NCBI RefSeq assembly: GCF_032444005.1
Contig: NC_091282.1
Coordinates: 353,958,001 to 354,022,000, forward strand
DNA length: 64,000 bases
From: Ranitomeya imitator
Lineage: Eukaryota
Direction: 5' to 3'
Numbering within the stretch: the stretch's first letter is position 1; every line of letters begins with the position of its first letter. The translations under genes and the position numbers were made by a program. The notes below the pieces were generated by a model. The model was not told the DNA's origin. It made no database searches and worked only from the letters and a program-made list of their open reading frames with translations. Positions 34,587 to 47,396 of this stretch are shown piece after piece.

Positions 34587-37500
34587 CTATATGCTTGGCT
34601 TGTCATTTATGGGCACTCTGCTCTTTTCTGATACACTTTGTATATTTGTTTCTAGTTCTTTTTCGTTGGTTCATTATACCTCATGGGCTCTGCCAATGCA
34701 ATATGGTAACAGGAAACAATTCTAGCAAAATTTGCAGTACCAGGAAGAAATTAATTAATACATTATGCCACAATGATTATCAAATACATTTCTTATTACC
34801 TCTTGTAGAAACTAAACATTTTGGACCAATTCTACAAAATATTGTAACGATCATAAGATTTATATATAGTTAAGAAATCTGCAAAACTTCTGTGCGGCAA
34901 ACTTTTTCATTACACCAGTAGAAAAATTCCTTGGGCAACATGGTTTTCCAATATGGAGTCACTTCTCTAGCGTTTCCTTGGTGCTGGAACTTCAGGGGCT
35001 GTGAAATTGCATTATGGCAAAAAAAACAATTCAGGAAAATTTGCACTCTAAAGGCAGATGGTACTCCTTCCCTTCTGAGCGGTGTCATTCTTCCATACAG
35101 TATTAACCACATATAGGGTAATGTCATTCCGTAGAAATTGGATATCAAATTGTGAGGTATTGAAATAAAAAGAAAACATTGGATCTAAAACTGCATTGTA
35201 ATGGAAAACTTGGATTTTTTTTTTTTTTTAATTTTTACTTAATTCATGTGAACCACCCGAAGAGTTAAACTTACTAAATTCTGTCTTGAATATTATAAAG
35301 GGAGCACTTGTTAAAATGTGTTGATTTGTGTGGAGCTCAAATATATCAATCCCTCAAAAAAAAAAAACAAAAAAAAAAAAATACAAATTGGTTTCTGAAA
35401 GTTCATTGAAAATTTCAAAAATTGCTTCTAAACGTCCCCCAAAGATCCAATGTCCCCCAAAGATTAAATGGGCTTCTAAAAAACAATGCAAACATAGTAG
35501 ATATTGAGAAAATGATAATAAACATTATGTGTGGCATGACTTACCTGTTTTAAGGGCAGACACATCTAAAGTTTTAAAAGTGCAAAGTTTTCTAAATATT
35601 AGTATATTTCGGTTTTCTTTTTTATAAATTCAAACCATATTAATCTAAATTTATTAATGTAAAGTACAACGTGTCAGGAAAAACAAACATCTTAGAACCA
35701 CTGGGATTCATAGAAGCATGTCAAAGTCATTGTTACGTAATGTGACATGCCAGATTTTAATTTTCCAGTGTAAGACCAGATGGTTGGGTCTTTCCCATTA
35801 CGATTTTATAAAAATAAAGAACAATTTGTCATTGATCTAAATGGTATATATGGATTCAGCACTTGTTAAACTTAGTTTAAGTTGGTGGGGTACATCTAAT
35901 TTTAGGTCACGCTTTAAGCCACTATTATCAATTTTTATAAATAAAAATTCACTTTGATGCAAAATTGCATGAAGGTGCCGATGTGTAGAAAGTTTTTTTA
36001 AAAAAAATTGGATTTTATTTGCAGGTCAAAAGTGTGAAAAAAAAAAAAAAAGCCTGAGCAGCATAAGGGATAGACTTGAGCGACGTATTCCAGGTATATA
36101 TTAGGAATGATAGCAGCTGAATAGTGGAATAACTGGGTATTAGGGGCGCTCTGTGAGCCCACCATTTAGCTCCTATCACTAAATAGATAAACCTGAAGTA
36201 CCTCAATGATCATATACATTATGCTGCTGCATTGCTATAGCACCGGAGAGTACGCTCAACTACTAGGAGTACATGTACATACACCGGCTGGACAAAGACA
36301 TCCATTAGCACTAGCAGTTTATTAACTATCCTTCTACCATTTTCTCTTCTCAGGTTGTCTAAATAAATCCTTACAGATCAAACTTGGCAGCAATTACTTT
36401 TACATAATTCTATATTTTTATTGTTCGATTGGTATTTTTTACCCTATAGAAGAGCAAAGACCCATCATGTTTTAACAATTACCATATGACTACTTTACCT
36501 GCGCGCATTTCATACGTCCTTTTTATTTTGTCATGATCGAGGGCAATTGTTCACTTTTTGAAGGACATTTACAAAACACTAAGAGATCTTCCTATGAAGT
36601 GACTTTGGCTAAACCAACAAACATGATACCATTTTGAAAATTGGACTCAAAAGTATTCTACATTGGTATCAGGATAAATGATAGTCAGATGCTTTAAAAG
36701 AATTAACAAAAAGTGGAATGAAAAATTAAATTTTTCCCTTTGCTCTAAAATGTTTTTTGCCTCAGATTTTTCATGTACACAATGTGTAATAGTTTTTGAC
36801 TATATCTTGGGGATTGCCAGGTTAACGAAAAATTGTGTAAGAAATTGTGGGGTTTATTTTCTCATGTTTGGCCAGATGGCAGGGCCCGCAAGGAAAGGAT
36901 TGCTAAATGACCTATGGAATTCAGATTGTGCTGGAAGAGTTTGCAGGTTTTTTTTTTTTTAAATTTTGGGGTATTTTTTTTTAGTGCTTTTAAGACTAGA
37001 TTCACATTTAGTCTGTGCTCCAGATGAAGCACTTACATCAGGGTTTCTATATAAACCTGGGTGCAATTTGTAGAGCTCTTGAGGTACCAGAATAGCAGGA
37101 AAGCCACCAAAAGTGAACCATTTCGAAAATTACACCCCTTTGGGTGTTTTTTTTTTTAACTCACATATGTGTTTTTCAGGAAAAGGTATGCACTTGACAT
37201 TGCAGAATGAGAATTACAAATTTTGGCACGAAGGCTCTGTAAGAGAGAATGTTAGTATTTTGCCAGAATTTCTTGGAGCAATGTTACAATAGCACGAAGG
37301 CTATCGAAAAAGTATGTGGAAACCCAACATTTTTCTATTGACTGTCCTGTGTCAGATCTTTTTGTGGGATGAGGTGAATTTTTAGTGTGTGTGTTATTGG
37401 TACGGTATAGATCTATTCGGGATTTCACTGGGATTAGGAATAATGTAATGTAATGTTTATATAATAAAATTAATTTTTAAGGGATTACATGTCACAGTTT

Positions 37501-38253
37501 AATATTTTCCCTGTTTTTGTGGTATATTAATATTTTTTTGTCGTATTCTGTGAATTTTTAGTGGCATCACTTTTGGCTGTAGGTTTGACCACTTGTAAGG
37601 ATAGGTTCAAATTTATCCTATGCACGGTGTCAGGGTTTTTGCCCAAATTTATATAACATATGTGATTCAGACAACCATTCAGTGTAACGAGGCAGATGGA
37701 CTCACTCTGTGCTTCATATGGCCTTTTTTTCATGGTGGTTGACAGAAACAGCTGGAAAATTGGCAATATGGAATCTAAAGCAACTTTTTCTACCTGAAAG
37801 TGAATGGTTTTATCTAAAATCACATTTTTCTCTGATTTAGAGGGAACCTCTGATGTAAAGTTTAATTCAAGTTTATACGCCCCATATTTCATTCCAACTT
37901 TAATTCACCAAGAATTTCCTAAATCCAGATGCCTCCAAACAGGTGCTTCTACCAGCAACTTCTCAAATCCATTTTTGCTTCCAACAGGTCTTCCACATTA
38001 AATTGAGATGCAAATAGGAATTCTCTAGCCAAAATTCCTTTATAAATTCCCTCTGGCACATTCCCATATTGTTTTCATCTGAGACGCCTGTTACAGGTTT
38101 TTGCAAACTCACCATTTTAATACGAAGGTATTTTCCCCTCCGAACAGTATCTCTGAGAACACTATAAAGTTTGAAGACTCGCTCAGGCTGCTATATGGGA
38201 AGGATTGAAATCACATGTGTTACTGAAGGTAAACCCTACCCTATTAATTTGTA

Positions 38254-38883
38254 CCGTATTTTCTGGTGTATAAGATGACTGGGCGTATAAGACGACCCCC
38301 AAATTTTCCATATAAAATATGGAATTTGGGATATACCCGCCGTATAGACGGGGGTCATCTTATACGCCCAGTCATCTTATACGGCGTGTGCGGTGCGTAT
38401 GGTTCCCAGGGTCTGGAGGAGAGACTCTCCTTCAGGCCCTGGGATCCATATTCATGTAAAAAATAAAGAATAAAAATAAAAAATATGGATATACTCACCC
38501 TCCGACGGTCCCTGGCTCTCAGCGGTGCAAGCGTCTGCCTCCGTTCCTAAGAATGCATTGAGCGTAGGACCTGCGATGACGTCGCGGTCACGCGACCACA
38601 ACATCATTGCAGGTCCTATGCTCAATGCATTCTTAGGAACGGAGGCAGACGCTTGCACCGCTGAGAGCCAGGGTCCGTCGGTGGGTGAGTATATCCATAT
38701 TTTTTATTTTTATTCTTTACATGAATATGGATCCCAGGGCCTGAAGGAGAGTCTCCTGTCCTTCAGACCTTGGGAACTATCCAGGATCGCTCCGTGCACC
38801 CATACCCGGCATATAAGACGACCCCCGACTTTTGAGACGATTTTCAGGGGTTAAAAAGTCATCTTATACGCCGGAAAATACGG
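38254..38883. mobile_element. Tigger/pogo-like MITE with large internal palindrome
   Basis: TA|ccgtattttctgg ... ccggaaaatacgg|TA. Confidence 0.85.
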
Positions 38884-39337
38884 TAATTTACTCTTCACTC
38901 TCAATTTCTGAAATAATTAAACCATATTAAATGTAAATCCTTCATACCTCTTGTTGTTCATTTAACACAATCTCTCTCTACAAACAGAAAATACAGATCT
39001 GGGAAAGGCTCTTAAATGTGCAGGGGCACCTACATGGATTTTCCCTACATTACTCTGAAGCTGGAGATGCCATCAAAATCATTTAGAATGTTAAAGGCCT
39101 TCTCAATCGAAAGGAGAGAATGTAAAAATAACAGTACATAATCATAAAGTGCAATCTTCTCTAATGTCAACCCTAAACCCCCCCCAACCTCCTCGCTTTG
39201 GATTATTGTTGTTCTATCGCCAAGGCAAACAATAATGGAGTTGGAGGGCACCTTTGCTGATGGGGAACCCCTCTGATATAGGACCATTCACCTCTATTCT
39301 AGCCAGAAGCTTGCTATATAACAACTTAACCAATCTA

Positions 39338-40969
<1,632 letters not shown>

Positions 40970-42907
40970 AAAAAAGGCCCAAAATCCGTACATTCCAAAA
41001 ACTTTCACAAATACGACCGTATTGAAAGCCCTGACTGCATACAGGGAATATCAGGGCACATAACGGTCTAATGATACATGTTGATTTATGCTTCATAAAA
41101 GCAGTTTGATCACCATTTATGATATTTGAAATGACCTTTTGCCATCAGTATTAACTAATGAAATCAGTCTATATGATATTCAATACATAAGGGATCTTTA
41201 CCAGTTTTTAATAACCGTATAATTATCGCTTCCCTCATCGTTTGAAGGAGCAAACCCATCTCTAAAGAAACGTTCCAACGTTTCTTCAATCTAGCAAACA
41301 CAGCATTTTTAAAGCTAAAACATGCTTTCTTAATGTATCTTCAATTAGAAGCTTTCCATATTTTACAACCTCTTTTTGCCATTTCTCAAAATTTGTATCC
41401 ATGGCAGTAAGATTATAGTGATGCCAGATTCATGTAGGTTGTTTTGCAGTGCTATCTTTTTTTCTGCACACCTCGTAGTGCTAACTTTGCACAAATCCCC
41501 CACCCACCCAAAACACCTGTTTTGCTTTGCCATTTTTTTGCAAACTGTAGCTTTTTATTTTTTGGTCAACAAACTCATGGGGCAATTTTCTTTTTGTGCT
41601 GGACGTATTGACATTTGTGCGTCAGTTTGATTAAAACACGTCACCACTTCTGCATTTATCACCCACTCCTGGTTTTGGCTTACAAATACTGATGTAAAAT
41701 ACTGACCCAATACTGCTAGTGTGACGGCAGCCTAATAGGTTTTATCAGTGCATTCTGCTTCTTTCTCCACTTAGGAGACATATTTTCTTCAGCCTCCTCA
41801 ACTCATCATCCACTCGGAAAAACTACTCAAAACCCACTGCAGTATCATGTTACACATTCTATTATTCTCTATAAAAACTATAACATTTCTTCAATGATGC
41901 TGCTGCTTCTGTCAGTGAGCTAAGGAACGAAGAGCAGAAATCCTTCTATGTGCTATGGGTGGGAGAGATTATACCACCTAGTCTCCTACCACTAGCTGAG
42001 AGTTAACTGCAAATTAGGAAAAAGGCTGCAGAGAAGAAAACTGCAGGATACACGTCAAAATGGCCAGACAGTGTTATTCTTCCATGTACACACACAGCCA
42101 CTTCTGACAAGAGATTAATATAATTACCCTTTAAGCATACTGACAAAATAAAACACAGACACACGTTTTACTTAAAATTATTCATTAAACCATAAAATAA
42201 ATATTTTTCACATAACATGTAAAAAAAATAAGCACCCTCCCTCCCCTGTAAACTTCTCAATTTACTGTAAAAATACACCCCCGATAGCAAACCTACCCTC
42301 CCTACCCATAAGAAACCCCAAAATAATAAATCATTTTCATTGCAAGAACAGCTAAACCTGAAGTGGCCATTGATGCACACAGTCGAGCATTAGTTACCAT
42401 CTTCTTGACCTGAAAAAGGCTGCTTTATAGGCAGCACAGTGAAGGCAGATAACCTACGACTTCAGGTTTAGAGTCCCTTTATACAGAAATGTTTTAAACA
42501 AAGAAAAGCCCCCCAACAAGCCTGCCAACCCAGAGTGATTACATAACCCCCAAACATTTACAAAATGGAGAAAAAAAAAAAAAAGGATTCCCCAGTCACT
42601 TGGGATGCATACCTCCATTCTTTAAATGGAACCAAAATTTTATATATATATATATATATGCAAAAAAAAAAAAAGTGGGAGAAGAGGAATGAAATGAACC
42701 AAAATGGGAGGTAGTGGTGGGAGGAAAATTGATGGGGGAGGGTAAGGGGTTGTATATTACAGTCTGAAACAGGCGAGGAAACACTGGGTATGGAAGGTGG
42801 GAAAACAAGTGTATAAGGAGAAGGAAGAGGAGAGAAAGGCAAATGAATAAGTCACAGAAGGAGGGTATTAGGCTGTTAACGACATAAGAAATTTGTCACA
42901 GGAAGCG

Positions 42908-43391
42908 TTATTGAGTTTGAGGTGACTGGTACTGCGAACTTCCCGTTTGTGGGGTGCACGCCATTCGGAGATTAGCCACCAATGTGTCGACCTCAGGTGG
43001 GTAAAAAGGGGGAAGAAAATACTCTACAGAGCTGAGCACGTAAGCCATAAACCTTGATCGACTAGGTTCAGGCAGCCAACGTATTCGGTCGGCCAGCGTG
43101 CGGCTAAACGCATCAGCATCATCCTCAGCCCAGGTCCTCCGTAATAGGGCTAGAATTTCATCATCCAACTCCTGTGTAATCTTGGCCCTGCTACGGATAA
43201 TACATTTCCCCCCTGTTTTGGATGGTGGCACACGGGGAGGCGGGGGCACAGGTTCAGTACTCTGTCCTGCGATGGCAAAGTCAATGTTTGCCCCCTCAGT
43301 TTCCACAACAGGTGGCACAAAAGAGCCTTCAAGTGGTTCACTCTCCTTTGGCTGGGGCAATCCCACTTCTTTGTCCAGACCTGACGAAGTC
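42908..43391 (-). CDS. MADF-BESS gene exon 4 (to TAA stop), acidic/Pro linker plus BESS-like motif
   Basis: ttttgtaacag| TSSGLDKEVG...EDDADAFSRTLADRIRWLPEPSRSRFMAYVLSSVEYF...QTQ*; phase 2 in, matching exon 3. Confidence 0.8.
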
Positions 43392-44754
43392 CTGTTACAA
43401 AAACGGAAAAAAAAATACATGTTAAAATTGTATACAGTATAAATTGTAGATGTTTCAAGAAGTGCTCCATCTTGTAGCAAATACCGTTTACAAGATTTAC
43501 TAGATGGCAGTCAAAGAAAAATGAACAAACTTACTAGAGTACACTGTGTTCTAGAGTCACACCATTTTCTCATTCTGTCTCAGCTTCAGGAGTAAATGTT
43601 TGGAATCCAGGGGAGACATCCACTGACCATACTTGCCAACTCTCCAGGAACACCTGCGAGGTTCCCACATAAAGAGGAGACCTCTCAGACTCCTGAAAGG
43701 GTTGACAAGTTTCCCAGGAACCATCGAAACCTCCTGGAAAGGAGAGTTGCAGGAAACTACCAACTTTAGCCAGATGCTGTGTCAGCAGACTCAGCCCTAG
43801 TGACAGAAGAAGCACGTTCGGCAGGAGGTTTGGCGCTAGAACTTAAATTTTAGCCTCGGTGGCAGGAATATTTGGTCTTGCTGCGGCGATTGTGTGAAAA
43901 AAGTGACACTCTGGCATCATCTGTTTTGGTTTGAGGTAGGTACAAAGCTGCACCCGTTACCAGCCTTAGTGTGCTATACAATGCAAATCACTGCTCTGCT
44001 TCCAGCATTATAGTCCTGATGCCAGGGTATACTCAAGATTACGGCTCATGAAGAGCCACTAGGTACACCCCTATGTGTCAGTTGTGCTTACAGCACCTTC
44101 TGTACGTGGCATTATTTTATCTACTACATTTCTGAAATGTATGTAGACAGCTATATGTATGGCGACCACGTAAACCCAAATATTAAATGACATCCTCTGG
44201 GATTTCATCATTTCCACATGGCATTTGTTCAAGAATCTGGATGTGGATTTTATTTTGGTGGTGTTGGAAGGGGTCATGTGGTATTTGTGATTGAAACTCT
44301 ATGATGTAGCATGTTCTATATAAAATGTGCGGAGCACAATAAGCAATAATTTTGTGGTGTGTGCCACTTTATATTCCTGTGTGGAATCTCCTTCACGTCC
44401 TTTTTCAAAAGTTGTTAAGTGCCAGAGACATCTGTGGATGGACAGAGCACTCAGTAAACTAGTTTAGAGACAGGCTTGTCAAATCAGTTGCCTATAGAGT
44501 GTGGGAATGAATGAATGTATGTATGTACGTATGAATGTATGTACGTATGTATGGTCTACAGCCAACCAATAAAAGAGGCAATGAATAAGTATTCCAACAA
44601 AGCCCCATCCAAAGCGAGTCGTTGGCAGTGTAAACAAAAGATACCGGAGCAGATTCTGTACTAGCCTATGTTTATTACCATTACATCACAGTATCCACAG
44701 AACATTACATTTTATTACATTCACCCCATTAAATGTTAAATGTACGATGCTTAC

Positions 44755-44908
44755 GGGCAAGGTGGCCTGATTGACCTGAGGAACATCAGCTGATGTAAAT
44801 ATTGGTAACGTTTGCGCTTTGAAGGAGAGGACCCAGTCTTTTCTTCCATTGACATCTCCTTGCGGAACCTGTCGCGCACTGACCGCCATCTATTTTTGAC
44901 ATCCTTCT
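44755..44908 (-). CDS. MADF-BESS gene exon 3 (154 bp)
   Basis: gctttcag| EKDVKNRWRSVRDRFRKEMSMEEKTGSSPSKRKRYQYLHQLMFLRSIRPPCP |gtaagc; MADF helix 3 (RW..VRD.F, Y.Y...L.FL). Confidence 0.85.
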
Positions 44909-45137
44909 CTGAAAGCAGAGTAATAAGAAAAAAAAAGTTATAGAAACTGCATATAAACACCCTATGGAGGTTGTCAAGCTGGAAACAAATGCAATGAAGT
45001 AGTGATTATGATCGAGGTAGATATTTCTCCTGGACTTTATCAGTCATGCCACACTACAGTTTATGCTCATCTAAATGACTGACAGGTTTGACTGGTAATA
45101 GATTGCATAGCAGAAGAAAAAGGGAAAACACACTCAC

Positions 45138-45279
45138 CAATTGCCCCCTGCTCTTTGATGGTGAGCCCATCCCATGAAGGGTACAGGTGGCGGAAGATGC
45201 TTGTCCATGCGTCTTCTCTCGCCTGCCGGTCACTGTATCCCTCTGCTCCAGCATCCCAAAGCTCAGGATGAGTTTCAAC
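45138..45279 (-). CDS. MADF-BESS gene exon 2 (142 bp)
   Basis: aatgcag| VETHPELWDAGAEGYSDRQAREDAWTSIFRHLYPSWDGLTIKEQGAI |gtgagt; first half of MADF (LWD..Y.D...R..AW). Confidence 0.85.
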
Positions 45280-45482
45280 CTGCATTAGAAAAAAAAAAAT
45301 ATGGGGGAAAAAAAAGGAAAAGACCATTACTAGAAATTCCTTGCATCATAAAAAAAGTAAAGTTTGGGAAAAAAAATAAAAACTACTTAAAAATTGTGAT
45401 TGCAGAAATAAATGTAAAATAACACACGGAAATCAATACATGACAAAGATACTCAACAGACCATTCCAATGGCGTTACTCAC

Positions 45483-45515
45483 TTGCTGAATGAGGTGCTT
45501 CACATTTATGGACAT
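45483..45515 (-). CDS. MADF-BESS gene exon 1 (coding part, ATG at 45515)
   Basis: MSINVKHLIQQ followed by |gtgagt donor; phase 0. Confidence 0.7.
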
Positions 45516-46459
45516 CCTTTGGTGGGATGTCAGTTTCACATTTGATTTCTGCAGCTCCCAGTCCTGTTCCCTGAAGCAGTCGGTCATAAAATGCTGCCGT
45601 ATTGCTTCCTGTTATTAATTTGCATGTTTGACAGAGTCAGAAACTTATATGAAACTTCATGTAAAAACCGCATGTTAACACGCACATGGGTTTGCATTTT
45701 TAGTTTTTTCGCCTAATGGGGACAATGATGTGACATTCGGTTCCAGCGATACTTTACACTTAAAATAAGGTTACAGCGAATCCCAGTTTGCTGTAAGAAT
45801 GTCAATTCCAACAGATTTTCTTTTTGATAGAAATAATTTTGTAAATGCATTATTGCAAGGACCAATTATTTACAGTCATATTGGTTAAATGCTTTGTGAA
45901 AATGGCCGCCGAAACAAAGGATGCACTTATTTTTGGCAGGAAACTAATATTATATATATTTTTTTTTAATGGAGATTTTTTTTTTTTTTAAATCACTTTA
46001 TAGTTTGGCCATATTGGAGAAGCTTTATTTCAGTTGCAATGAATAGGAGTTAATTGACCAAGAAATATAGCCCCTGACCTAGACTAGTAAGTTGCAATAA
46101 AAGCACACAGAATTCAAGCTTCAGATCAATAAAAACACCAAAAATTAACGTTTACGTGTTTATTTAGGTCAAGTTTTTATTAGTCAGGCTCATTAAATTG
46201 GAATAGACCCTTTTATTTCGGATTATGTACTTTACTGTTATATGGTTCTTTGTATAGAATCTCAATGTTTTTATGCAATCTGATCTTGCGTAGTTAGTAA
46301 CAATCTGCACTAATCAGCATGTAAGGATCTTACTGAGGTATAACACTAAATCTCATATACAAAAAAAGCAATGTCTTAAAAAAAAATTCCAAACACATGC
46401 AAAATGTAACATTGATCAAAAACGTATGAACACATGTACAGAGAACAGACGTGACTTAC

Positions 46460-46510
46460 CTGGTTCAGCATAACATCGTACACCTCTTCACCTTCACTAT
46501 AAACATGAGC
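46460..46510 (-). CDS. parp2: PARP2 exon (51 bp), start of WGR domain
   Basis: AHVYSEGEEVYDVMLNQ resembles PARP2 AHVYCEGNDVYDVMLNQ; tcttctag| and |gtaagt; phase 0/0. Confidence 0.95.
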
Positions 46511-47079
46511 CTAGAAGACAGATCATAAAGGGATAATAGTTAAGGGGTATTTTCAAGTTTTTAAATTGCTTTAATTAGCATCAAAATAATCAAGTTTGCC
46601 ATTTGCTTTTTCTATCTCCTGTCATTCTCCAGCTGTGAGAGCTTTAATCTTTTATAGCGTACAGCACGTTTCCATAGAGATTAGCTTTCAGACCCGGCAA
46701 AGGGTGCATAGTAGATACATTTCTGGAGCGGAGTTAACTTAACACTCCGCTCTTAACCTACTGATTTCTTTTTTTTTTTTTTTTTTAATTCGTTTATTGG
46801 TTCAGAATAAACAAACATTGAACACATTTGCATTATCATTAATTATACCATGGAATACAAATAGTTGCAAAACATTGTCGTACCAAAGATTACAAAGGTA
46901 GTGGAGTGTGCATGTTAAATCATTAGATCCTTATAAGAAAATACCTATTATACAACTTTAACCATTAATAGTGAGTCGCCAAAAGGAAAACAGATTTAAA
47001 TCCTGCTCTATAAGTGATGCCCCCGAAAACCACAAGCCCACCTTTCTATGTAGATGTCTAATCAGTGCAGACTATAGAG

Positions 47080-47241
47080 CAGAGGTCCCCAACTCCAGTC
47101 CTCAAGGCCCACCAACAGGTCATGTTTTCAGGATTTCCTTAGTCTTGCCCAGGTAATAATTGCATCACCTGTGCAATGCAAAGGAAATCCTGAAAACATG
47201 ACCTGTTGGTGGGCCTTGAGGACTGGAGTTGGGGACCTCTG
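47080..47241. mobile_element. 162-bp palindromic hAT MITE inserted at the L1 ORF2 stop / 3'UTR boundary
   Basis: cagaggtccccaactcc ... ggagttggggacctctg; 8-bp TSD ctatagag (47072-47079 / 47242-47249). Confidence 0.92.
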
Positions 47242-47396
47242 CTATAGAGTACGATAAGAGGAATTCCATCTGCCCCATATCTTTTCGAATTTACCTGGAC
47301 AACCTCTATTTTGATACATTGTTTTTTCATATGGGATAATCGAATTCACCAGATCAATCCAAACTCTAAGGGTCGGGGGGGAGCCACCCATCCATC

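Noticed and set aside
43557-43815. ORFs inside intron 3 of the MADF-BESS gene as a possible extra exon
   Set aside because: They overlap a small MITE-like inverted repeat (ccatacttgccaactctcc...ggagagttgc), and exons 3 and 4 already join in phase without them.
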